Shown here: positions 1 through 8,114 of the stretch, piece by piece
How positions within the stretch are numbered: the stretch's first letter is position 1
Layout of the letters: each line of letters begins with the position of its first letter
From: a virus
IMG/VR virus record: IMGVR_UViG_3300012926_000036
Span: 2,520 to 66,519 of that record
Reading direction: 5' to 3' (one strand)
Length of the DNA: 64,000 nucleotides
The notes under the pieces: generated by a model
What the model saw: only the letters and a program-made list of their open reading frames with translations
What the model was told of the DNA's origin: nothing
Database searches by the model: none
Position numbers and translations under genes: made by a program

Positions 1-33
1 AGGGCGCGGGTTCAAATCCCGCCGGCCCGATCA
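1..33 (+). tRNA. 3' part of a tRNA gene (Pro-like acceptor end), truncated by the window edge
   Basis: T-arm GCGGG-TTCAAAT-CCCGC (6-22), acceptor 3' strand CGGCCCG (23-29), discriminator A30, then TCA rather than CCA. Anticodon lies outside the window. Confidence 0.7.
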
Positions 34-203
34 TAATCTCTAGGGATAGCGCCACAGACGCACTCTCCTGCATTAGCCAGGTGTTCGTAATCACTTTCGT
101 CGTCGGCCACAGCTGGGCAACCAACGTCGTGTAAAATCCCGTTATGATCAGCTACTTTCATTGTTTCACCCATATCAAACGCACTACCAGCTTAGTCCTA
201 CGC

Positions 204-368
204 TTACGCTTTGCCGAAGGTGCCGCCGTCGTGCATGAACTTCTCGATGATCATTACGATGACCACGGAGAGAGATCTACGTTCACGCTCGGCGACACCA
301 ATGACTTGTTTTTTTAGGTTCGGATCTACATAGGCTGAGATCTGAACCGGTTTCGTCTTCTGTGCCAT
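204..368 (-). CDS. Small ribbon-helix-helix (Arc/CopG-like) DNA-binding protein, 54 aa
   Basis: Manual translation MAQKTKPVQISAYVDPNLKKQVIGVAERERRSLSVVIVMIIEKF...; beta-strand followed by two helices with the 'A..E.RSLS..I' pattern. Below the ORF-track cutoff. Confidence 0.65.
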   Translation of the reverse strand: MAQKTKPVQISAYVDPNLKKQVIGVAERERRSLSVVIVMIIEKFMHDGGTFGKA

Positions 369-437
369 ACACTACGGTACGTTGGGCAAGTTTAACGAAA
401 CTTTACGCATAATCAAGCGAAAAATATTATTTTCTTT

Positions 438-1727
438 TTAAAACATACCATGAGTAACATTGGTACGGTCCTCAGCGAGTTTAACGTAGGCTGGGTTAAG
501 CTCAATCAGGACGGCTCGCCGCCCAAGCTCAAGCGCCACCTTGCCGGTTGTGCCACTACCGGCGAATGGATCTAAAACCGTGTCACCTGGGCGGCTTCCG
601 GCCAGGATGCAAGGTTTAATCAGGTCCTCGGGGAACGTGGCGAAATGGGCTTCATTGTAGGGTTGGGTGGCGACCGTCCAGACCGTGCGTTTGTTGCGAT
701 ACCCCTTAGATACGCGGCCACCTACTCCTCCTAGTCCACGGAATCCGCCCCCTTTAGGATCACTATTTTCTAATTTGTATGTATCTGCCCTTACCGAGAT
801 GCTCCCATACTCTTCTACGCTATCCTCCCTAATCGCCTCCGCATCGTAGAAATAATCGAACCCTTTCCATCGCGGAACCTTGTCCTCAGATTCTTCTCTC
901 CACCGCGTTTTCCCGTCGCTGTAATTACCGTCAATGCCGTCGTGTGCACTGTCCGAGGTATCCCAGCCCGCAGGCGTTTTCGCACGCGCTTTATTCAACT
1001 TTATCACCTCCGACAGATCTGGGCTGTACGACCATTCGTCGGTATCGCGAGCTTGCCAGACGAGCGGCTTGCCACCGTTTTTGGCCAACAGGTAAATCAT
1101 CTCATGGCTTTTAGTTGGCCGATCGGTAACGCTCTCAGGCATCGGATTCGGTTTATGCCAGATGATCTCGCTGCGTAGGTACCATCCATCCGCCTGCAAC
1201 GCCATCGCTAGCCTAGCCGGTATCATGCAGAGGTTTTTCGGCTTTAAGCCGGTATTTAGGCGTTTATATTGACGTGCCCCATCCATTCTGGCTCCAAAAC
1301 ATGCATCGCCCCTTGAATCATGTCTGCCCACTTCGCCGCTCGCGTACGAATCTCCCATGTTCACCCAGAGCGTTCCGTCGTTTCTAAGCACGCGCCAAAC
1401 CTCACGGAACACGCCCACCATATTGGCGATGTACCCTTCTGGCGTGGCTTCGAGTCCCAGTTGCGAGTCGATACGCATGGCACCGCATTTTCCGCAAACA
1501 AATTTTTTAAACTTCCCATTGTAAGTGGATTCCTTGGAATCTTCCAGACCGGAAGGGTAACCGTTGAACCGTTTATGATCACACCCCTGGGTATCTCCGC
1601 CTTCCCACGTTGCCGTGCCGTAGTCGCGCAAGCCCCAGTACGGCGGACTCGTTACGCAACATTGCACGCTCTCGCCCGATAGCGTCGCCAGGATATCGCG
1701 GCAATCGCCGTTAAGGATCTGGATCAT
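438..1727 (-). CDS. Phage DNA methyltransferase (N4-C/N6-A, beta class)
   Basis: Catalytic TSPPY near the N-terminus, IIWHKPNPMPESVTDRPTKSHE, HFATFP, and SAM-binding VLDPFAGSGTTG at the C-terminus. Confidence 0.93.
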   Translation of the reverse strand: MIQILNGDCRDILATLSGESVQCCVTSPPYWGLRDYGTATWEGGDTQGCDHKRFNGYPSGLEDSKESTYNGKFKKFVCGKCGAMRIDSQLGLEATPEGYIANMVGVFREVWRVLRNDGTLWVNMGDSYASGEVGRHDSRGDACFGARMDGARQYKRLNTGLKPKNLCMIPARLAMALQADGWYLRSEIIWHKPNPMPESVTDRPTKSHEMIYLLAKNGGKPLVWQARDTDEWSYSPDLSEVIKLNKARAKTPAGWDTSDSAHDGIDGNYSDGKTRWREESEDKVPRWKGFDYFYDAEAIREDSVEEYGSISVRADTYKLENSDPKGGGFRGLGGVGGRVSKGYRNKRTVWTVATQPYNEAHFATFPEDLIKPCILAGSRPGDTVLDPFAGSGTTGKVALELGRRAVLIELNPAYVKLAEDRTNVTHGMF

Positions 1728-1729
1728 GG

Positions 1730-1920
1730 TTTTAGGTCCATAACCTCGGTGACCGTTTGGACATGAGCCAAATGGTGATTTCTTGTAGGGGCCAAAACTA
1801 TATTCTTAATATATAGTTTTGGACCCAACCATTTGGGCCATGGTCCATAACTGGGTTTTGAACCCTTATTTTGACCCTTTTGGACCTTATGGTCCTTTAG
1901 CCCTTGAATGTGTTCAGCTG
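1730..1920. repeat. Cluster of short degenerate TTG(G/A)NCC / TGGTCC motifs; candidate replication-origin iterons
   Basis: ttggacc, ttgggcc, tggtcc, ttgaacc, ttgaccc, ttggacc, tggtcc within about 1819-1895, beside an AT-rich patch and immediately downstream of the helicase gene. Confidence 0.35.
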
Positions 1921-3315
1921 GTAGCATCCTGAAAGATCCTTGAATATGGTTTTTTGTTTGAGCGCGTCGTTGAGCAACCGTTTAAAGGTTGAGTCGCCGC
2001 ATTTAATGATTCGTTTTGCGCGTGCGCACAAATCCGCAAACGCGCATGCTTCCCCGATATCGAGTAATTCAGTTAACGCTTGGACCGTATATTTCGGTGG
2101 GCGGCCACCGATATTTGTGCGAAGATTCTCTGGGTTAATCTCAAGCGCCGAGGTGTAGACCGGGTATTGCCACCGGACAACAAACTCCGGGATCGGGGGG
2201 AAAGAGCGTAAAATGGCGCTGACGGTGTAACAATCCTCGCTCTCGTTCGGTGTCAACGTAAGCAGGCTATCCGGGTCACGTGCCCAGACACCGGACCCGC
2301 TTGCACGGTCAACCGGATCTTTGGCGCTAGCGTTCCCTTTTGAAAAATGGTGCGTCATGGCAATTGATGCGCTAAGAGATGCCGCAAACGCTTCGACGGC
2401 ATTGCAAAATGTGATTATGTCGCCGGTATCCGACTCGTTTAGGCCGGCCAAGAGCTTGTACACCGGGTCAATAATAATCAGGGAATAGCGCTCACTCCGG
2501 AGTTGGTCCGCTAGCGCGTTAAGGTCGCCGAGCTTAAAGTTGCGGCCACGGAGATGTACAACCCGGATATTGGCCAGGTCCCCGGCGTTGTACGCCTCGC
2601 AGATGCGTTCTAATCGACGTCGAAGGTCCCAATCAGGCAACTCGAAATTAAGCAGTAGAACAGGCCCCTGGCGCGTTTTACGGCCCCACCAATCGAACCC
2701 ATTAGCAACGCAAAAGAGCAATTCAAGGATCATCCATGTTTTGTAAGCTTTAGATGGCGCCGAGATTATCATCTTGCCACCCTGGTACAAAATACCGTCA
2801 ATGATTACTGGAGGAATATGCGCCGGTAAAAGGTCACAGGTTATCGGTGCAATCGGTAACTGACCGTTTAACCCGGTTACGAGTTCGTGAACCCTGCGCT
2901 CTAACCCTTTAAGCGTATCAATATCAAAATGCGTATCAAGCAGTTGCCGCCCAATAGCGATAACCTGGCGTTCACGAAACGTGGTTATAACCCATCTAAG
3001 GTACTCTTCGTAGTTCGCCTCGGTATCGACAAAATTGTACAAGCTGTTTACGTACTCTTTGCCACCAGCTTCCTTAAGTGAACCGTTATCGCGCAACGTT
3101 TCGGTCAACCAAATAAAATCAATCTTGCGCTCTGGGTACGGCCATTCGGTTATCGCTTCATAAATTAAGGTGTGCGCCGGCAGATAAAACACTTTACCGC
3201 TTAATGTTGCCGCGCACGCTTTTTGCACCTGGCCAGGAGCGCGCAGGAGAGAACACAATAACCCGCGTTCGCTGTCTAAAGCCGACGGGATGACCGGCTC
3301 GTTTCCATTGTTCAT
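1897..3315 (-). CDS. Replicative helicase: DnaB N-terminal domain plus RepA/AAA_25 ATPase
   Basis: N-terminal P.ALDSERGLLCSLL...FYLPAHTLIY (DnaB-N); Walker A variant SAPSKAYKT; LIIIDPVY; HHFSKG...DRASGSG...DPD. Confidence 0.85.
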   Translation of the reverse strand: MNNGNEPVIPSALDSERGLLCSLLRAPGQVQKACAATLSGKVFYLPAHTLIYEAITEWPYPERKIDFIWLTETLRDNGSLKEAGGKEYVNSLYNFVDTEANYEEYLRWVITTFRERQVIAIGRQLLDTHFDIDTLKGLERRVHELVTGLNGQLPIAPITCDLLPAHIPPVIIDGILYQGGKMIISAPSKAYKTWMILELLFCVANGFDWWGRKTRQGPVLLLNFELPDWDLRRRLERICEAYNAGDLANIRVVHLRGRNFKLGDLNALADQLRSERYSLIIIDPVYKLLAGLNESDTGDIITFCNAVEAFAASLSASIAMTHHFSKGNASAKDPVDRASGSGVWARDPDSLLTLTPNESEDCYTVSAILRSFPPIPEFVVRWQYPVYTSALEINPENLRTNIGGRPPKYTVQALTELLDIGEACAFADLCARAKRIIKCGDSTFKRLLNDALKQKTIFKDLSGCYQLNTFKG

Positions 3316-3345
3316 GGCACGTTCTCATGTTGTGCAAAACCGGGT

Positions 3346-3606
3346 TTATTTTTTAACGAACTGCATTCGCCGCGCTTCCGCTACTTTAGCGTTGTAGGCA
3401 TTAAGTGTTCCCTTTAATTCCTCTAACCGGCTTGCGTCAAAGAGCGGGTCCTCAAGCAACGAAGATTTCACAACCCATGCGTCTGGAACAAATACGTCCC
3501 GGAACAACAGCTTCTCGACAACCGTGACGTGCACACCGAGTTGCTTCGCGAGACTATTCCTAGCGAAAAACTTTTTTGACGAATTATTTTCTTTTCCGTT
3601 GACCAT
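3346..3606 (-). CDS. Small putative HTH DNA-binding protein
   Basis: ARNSLAKQLGVHVTVVEK HTH-like segment; sits at the divergence point from the plus-strand early operon. Confidence 0.4.
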   Translation of the reverse strand: MVNGKENNSSKKFFARNSLAKQLGVHVTVVEKLLFRDVFVPDAWVVKSSLLEDPLFDASRLEELKGTLNAYNAKVAEARRMQFVKK

Positions 3607-3626
3607 GCAAAATAATATCGTACGGT

Positions 3627-3824
3627 GTGGAACAATACAAACAGATATTTTATTTTAATATGAAAAGTCCAAGGGCCTCACGCTACTTCATCTGGTTTAA
3701 CCGCAAATGGGTTCAGTGCTCCACGGCGCGCCCAGTCGCCAATGATTGCCTTGAATACGTCCTGGAAGACGGCGCATTCGGGCTAGCAGCGGCAAATAAA
3801 TGGGTCGGTATTCACGCGTTTTGA
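3627..3824 (+). CDS. Hypothetical protein
   Basis: ORF heading the plus-strand early operon; no recognisable motif. Confidence 0.4.
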   Translation: MEQYKQIFYFNMKSPRASRYFIWFNRKWVQCSTARPVANDCLEYVLEDGAFGLAAANKWVGIHAF

Positions 3825-3829
3825 AGCTT

Positions 3830-4681
3830 ATGGCTAATCCCACCGTTACTGCGGCGCCTCCGAACAATGATCAGGCGGCGGCGATTGATGAAAACCCGTT
3901 TACCCAGCAGGCAGCCTCCGAAGCCCGGAAACCCGTTAAGCGCAGCCTTTTAGAATCGGTTATTACCGGCAAGAAAGTTCGGCCACTTCTTACGGTGTTG
4001 TACGGCCCGCCTGGTGTAGGTAAAACCACTTGGGCGTCTAAGGCTCCTAACCCAATTTTTATTCCGACCGAGCGCGGCGTTGACCAGGTAGGCGCAACCC
4101 GGTTCCCGATGCCGGAGACATTTGGCCGGTTCTGTTCGATGGTTCGCGCAGTAGCTAATGAAAATCACGGGTACCAAACATTGGTTATCGATACAGCCGA
4201 TGGTTTAGAAGCGCTTATCTGGGCGGACGTTTGCGAAAACAAGAAAGTTACTTCGATTGAGGAACTTAAATGGGGTGATGGCTACACGGCAGCTAAAGGC
4301 AAATGGCGCCGGCTCTTAAACGAGCTGGTTACGCTTTCAGAACGGATGAATGTCGTTATCCTGGCACACGCGCATATCAAGATCTTTAACGACCCAGCGT
4401 TACCAGACCCGTACGATATGTGGAAAATTAAGATGCACGATAAAAGCGCGGAGGTGCTACGCGAGTGTGTAGACAACATTTTATTTGCTTGCCACGAGGT
4501 TACGCTGGCAAAGGATAAACCGACTGACGATAAGGGTAAAGGGTTGCACTCCGGTAAACGCATTATTCACACCACGGCCGGAACCGGGTACGAGGCGAAA
4601 AACCGATTTGAACTGGACGATCCGATTGACCTTGAATGGTCGGCGTTAGCGAGCGGTGTACGAGAGTTTTACGGGAAATAA
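3830..4681 (+). CDS. Sak4-like / AAA_24 phage ATPase (single-strand annealing recombinase family)
   Basis: LYGPPGVGKTTWASKAPNPIFIPTERG, TLVIDTADGLE, VILAHAH, AKNRF. ATG at 3830 chosen as the start. Confidence 0.88.
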   Translation: MANPTVTAAPPNNDQAAAIDENPFTQQAASEARKPVKRSLLESVITGKKVRPLLTVLYGPPGVGKTTWASKAPNPIFIPTERGVDQVGATRFPMPETFGRFCSMVRAVANENHGYQTLVIDTADGLEALIWADVCENKKVTSIEELKWGDGYTAAKGKWRRLLNELVTLSERMNVVILAHAHIKIFNDPALPDPYDMWKIKMHDKSAEVLRECVDNILFACHEVTLAKDKPTDDKGKGLHSGKRIIHTTAGTGYEAKNRFELDDPIDLEWSALASGVREFYGK

Positions 4682-4695
4682 AGTTTCCAACACGC

Positions 4696-4980
4696 AGCTG
4701 AGCGTAGCCGAGCAGAGCCGAGCCTAGCTTAGTCAAGCCTAGCGCAGCTAAGCGGAGCACAGCATAGCTTAGCATAGAATAGAATAATCTTGAATACTTT
4801 CTTACCACAGTAGAGCGCAGCACAGCTAAGCTTAGCTTAGCGTAGCGTAGCTCAGCGAAGCCAAGCGAAGCCAAGCACAGCATAGACCGATATTAAACAC
4901 TTTTTACCATAGCCCAGCAAAACCGAGCCCAGCGAAGCCAAGTACAGCAAAGCCTAGCGAAGCCTAGCATAGCATAGACA
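4696..4980 (+). ncRNA. Three arrays of 5-nt AGY-NN units with conserved linkers; putative guide-RNA array
   Basis: Array 1 4696-4785 (16 AGY-NN + 2 AGAAT); array 2 4809-4888 (15 AGY-NN + AGACC); array 3 4911-4980 (13 units, one AAC variant, + AGACA). Each ends AGCATAGA; linkers AATACTTTCTTACCA and AACACTTTTTACCA. The repeat is directly visible; RNA function is inferred. Confidence 0.7.
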
Positions 4981-4987
4981 AATACTT

Positions 4988-5608
4988 ATGATTACCACAC
5001 TTGAAGAACTACAATTAAAAATAACTGGCACACTACCATTATTAATGTGTCGGGGGCAATTGGCTGATCCGTTCGATACGTACACTAAAGCCCTTGCAAA
5101 GGAAACTTCACTTAAGACCAAAACCGAAGACAACCATCTGGAAATCTCCCGTATAAAATTCTACGGATCATTATATTTCGACGATACTATAGGTCCTTTT
5201 CTCCCTCCGGATAATTTCTTTAAAGCGTTGCAACAGGCCGCCGCTAAAAAGAAAAAGGCCCAGATCATTAAAAGTTCCGTATTGGTCAAGGGTATAGTAC
5301 ACGGGCTACAGGACCCAGCCGCCGCAGAGCTTAAGTACTCAGGGCCTAGGACCATTAAGGAACTCTGGAATAATGGTAACTCGCCTTTTGTGCATCGGTG
5401 TATGGGTAAACCCCCTGGCCAAGGTAAAGTGCTAGTCACGAGGGCGATTTTCCCTATTGGATGGAGCGCGCAATTTTTTCTTAACTTCGACACCACTTAC
5501 ATAACTAAGGATGAAATTGTAGAGTTCGCCACGTTGGCCGGTAATATCATCGCTATCGGCACATGGCGCCCTAAATTCGGTCAATTCTCCGTGGAGGTAA
5601 TTAAGTGA
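4988..5608 (+). CDS. Solo RAMP/Cas7-like protein (Vipr-like)
   Basis: RAMP-type motifs: first strand LKITGTLPLLM, PFLPPDNFFKAL (compare the PxIPGSSxKGxxR motif of Cas7/Csm3), C-terminal Gly-rich loop AGNIIAIGTWRPKFGQFSV. Starts 7 nt after the last repeat unit. Confidence 0.72.
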   Translation: MITTLEELQLKITGTLPLLMCRGQLADPFDTYTKALAKETSLKTKTEDNHLEISRIKFYGSLYFDDTIGPFLPPDNFFKALQQAAAKKKKAQIIKSSVLVKGIVHGLQDPAAAELKYSGPRTIKELWNNGNSPFVHRCMGKPPGQGKVLVTRAIFPIGWSAQFFLNFDTTYITKDEIVEFATLAGNIIAIGTWRPKFGQFSVEVIK

Positions 5609-6048
5609 GTACACAGGTAGTGACGCGCACAGAACTCGTTACGGAAGCGCTGGAGCACATTACTAAAGGAAAGCTTGTTCCAGGCACATTAATTGAGCTT
5701 ACTACACTCGAATCTTTACTAGGGGTATCTAGAGACACGCAAGCGTTCGGGTTTATGGTGTCAGAGATCCGCCACTCACTTTTTGAATTAGGTAAATATT
5801 TATCCGGTGAAGGACTCGAACAAAAACAAGCGTACGAGATTTTACATGAGCGAGATAACCACTGGATTGCTAGACTGGCTATGGCGAGAATGGATAGAAG
5901 CCTATCCGGGATGCAATCTCTTCTATCACACACTGATATCACCTCTTTATCTAAACTAGAACAAGATAGACACGATAATGCGCTGCGCGAAGTTGCTATG
6001 AGGATGCGAGTTTTTAAGTCAGCACAAACTAAGCTTATCCAGGATTAA
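5605..6048 (+). CDS. Accessory protein coupled to the RAMP-like gene (possible winged-helix N-terminus, helical C-terminus)
   Basis: GTGA-type start/stop overlap region with the RAMP gene; PGTLIELTTLESLLG...IRHSL...GEG..YEIL pattern. Confidence 0.55.
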   Translation: MSTQVVTRTELVTEALEHITKGKLVPGTLIELTTLESLLGVSRDTQAFGFMVSEIRHSLFELGKYLSGEGLEQKQAYEILHERDNHWIARLAMARMDRSLSGMQSLLSHTDITSLSKLEQDRHDNALREVAMRMRVFKSAQTKLIQD

Positions 6049-6278
6049 TGACTCGCCCCTACAAACAATTATTCCAACGCCGCCGCCCAGTACCAGGCGA
6101 CACGGTTTACCACAAAAAACACGGCGTAGGCAGAGTACGCGGAAACTGGGGCACGATCGTCACCAACCGTGGCCGCGAATCTGCTTACTGCGAAGATATT
6201 ATTGACGTCATTTTTACAACCCAGTACGGCGGTAATTACCTGCACTGTTGCCGAAAAGAATACTTAATAATTCTATAA
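6048..6278 (+). CDS. Small SH3-like barrel hypothetical protein
   Basis: PGDTVYHKKHGVGRV motif (CarD/Tudor-like strand pattern); TAATG overlap with the upstream gene. Confidence 0.45.
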   Translation: MTRPYKQLFQRRRPVPGDTVYHKKHGVGRVRGNWGTIVTNRGRESAYCEDIIDVIFTTQYGGNYLHCCRKEYLIIL

Positions 6279-6284
6279 ACATAA

Positions 6285-6755
6285 ATGAACACATACAAAT
6301 ATAACGAACCATCGCCACCACCACAATTCGGGCCTATCCCGGAGGGCGACTACAATTTTACTGTTATTGAGGCCGGTGAACCCTACCATTCTGCGGCCGG
6401 CAACTTCGTGCTTGCAGTTAAACTTCAAGTTGGCCCTGAGAAAGCTCACGTGTATGATAACCCTTGGGCTGGCGATAACGGTGACAAAATCGCGCAATTC
6501 CTGAAAGCGTGCGGGCGGGCACCCGCCATAGGCCAGGAACCAGCGTGGAATAAATTGATCGGTGCCAAAGGCCGGTGCCATATCAAAATTGAAACGGCGC
6601 AACAAGGTAAGCTAGCTGGTAAACCGGTCAATAAAGTTAGTTGGTACATATTCGCTACTGACGTACTGCCGAGTAGGCCGAACGCGACGAGTACGAGTGT
6701 CCTGCCTAAACTTCTAGTCGATGGGGACCAAACACCAGACGATATTCCGTTTTAA
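6285..6755 (+). CDS. DUF669-like phage ssDNA-binding protein
   Basis: FGPIPEGDYNFTVIEA N-terminus and acidic DDIPF C-terminal tail; usual partner of Sak4. Confidence 0.8.
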   Translation: MNTYKYNEPSPPPQFGPIPEGDYNFTVIEAGEPYHSAAGNFVLAVKLQVGPEKAHVYDNPWAGDNGDKIAQFLKACGRAPAIGQEPAWNKLIGAKGRCHIKIETAQQGKLAGKPVNKVSWYIFATDVLPSRPNATSTSVLPKLLVDGDQTPDDIPF

Positions 6756-6764
6756 AGTACCTTT

Positions 6765-6944
6765 ATGCCTGATAACACTGTTACTATTTTTCTAGATTCC
6801 GACCGGCGCGTATCATCTATAGATATTGATGGGAAACGTTCCACTTTAATTTACTCCATTTCACTCATAGAGGCAGAACGGATGGCTAAACGCCATTGGT
6901 GCGACCACGTACTTGCCGTAGTTGCACCTGAGTATACACCATGA
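6765..6944 (+). CDS. Hypothetical protein, 59 aa
   Basis: Manual translation MPDNTVTIFLDSDRR...; ATGA overlap with the next gene. Confidence 0.45.
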   Translation: MPDNTVTIFLDSDRRVSSIDIDGKRSTLIYSISLIEAERMAKRHWCDHVLAVVAPEYTP

Positions 6945-8106
6945 ATACGCCTGCTTTAGACCAGGATGAACGCCGTGGCCAACCCTCCGCGTCAGCGTTC
7001 CCCCGCTACGAGCTCTGTAAAGGTTCATGGCAGCTTGAGCAGGAGGCGCACCGACTAGGGCAAGTGGCACATGTCGGCGGGAAGGATGCTGAGCGCGGGA
7101 ATAGGATTCACGCGTGGCTGCATAACCCAGCTGATATACAACTCGCCGAGGATGAGCTAGCTGACGCGCATGCGCTTAAGGATAGGGCTGATGAACAGAT
7201 AGGCAGAATTTTCGGCGACACCCCGGTTCACGAATTACGGGAAAGGCGATTATGGCTAAAACAAACCTAAACGTTTCCTGCCGGTTTGATCGCGTTGTGT
7301 ATAACGACGACACCGCGATGATAATAAATTATAAAACGGGTTGGCGTGAACCTAATCTGCCGGCGTTTAACGCCCATTGTAAGGTTGAGGCCGTTCTTGT
7401 GGCGCTAGCACTCCACCGGGCCGGCATCAAACCTCAACGCTTCATTATTCAGCTCGTTACTATTCCTTTTGGAGTTTTCGAAGCGGAATTTAAATGGAGC
7501 GATCTGCGGGACCATTACAACTGGATCATCGAGACGCTGGTGCAATTGGAATACCCGCGCGCTGCGCTCACGCCCCACCCTGACGCGTGTAAACGGTGCC
7601 CCGCTACGTTGATATGCCCGGCCATTAGAGACCTCGTAAAACCCGCTACGCGCGGCCGGGCGGCCGAAATTGCGCATGATCCTGATCAGCTCGCTAACCG
7701 GTTGGACAACCTTGAGTTGATCCAGGATTACATTGACGAGTTCCGGGCCTACTGTGAAGCCAGAATGAATGGCACCGAGGGCTCCTCCGCGATGACTGGC
7801 GAGAAAGAGTTCAAAATTACCGGGTACGCGATGGTGTCAAGCGGCGAGATCCGCGACTGGAAGGATAAGGAAGAAGCTGCGCATCGCTTGTTCATGGAAC
7901 CAGGGATCACGGATTCAGATTTCGCGAAGTTGAAAAATCACACAGTCGCCGCGTACCAAAAGCTGTACGCTAAAGCGCATGGCAAAAAGCCTGAGGAGGT
8001 TAAGGAAGCATTCCATAAACTAATGGACGGATGTATTGAATTCAAAAACAAAAAATCGTCACTAAAACGTGTGTCCGGCCAATCACCAGTAACACAACTC
8101 GAATAA
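6941..8106 (+). pseudogene. Cas4-like / DUF2800 PD-(D/E)xK exonuclease split into two ORFs (6941-7270, 7252-8106)
   Basis: ORF1 has SASAFPRYELCKGS and GNRIHAWL; ORF2 has FDRVV, IINYKTG and CKRCPATLIC. The frames differ by -1 at about 7252-7270. Confidence 0.65.
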
Positions 8107-8114
8107 TCGTACTT

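Noticed and set aside
438-1727. Restriction-modification system
   Set aside because: No adjacent restriction endonuclease; it looks like an orphan phage methyltransferase.
4563-4883. 106-aa minus-strand ORF rich in L/A/S/R
   Set aside because: Translation artefact of the pentamer array; antisense to the operon and overlapping sak4.
4696-4980. Classical CRISPR array or simple microsatellite
   Set aside because: There are no 23-50 nt repeats with unique spacers. The unit is 5 nt with two freely varying positions and conserved unit boundaries, which simple slippage would not produce.
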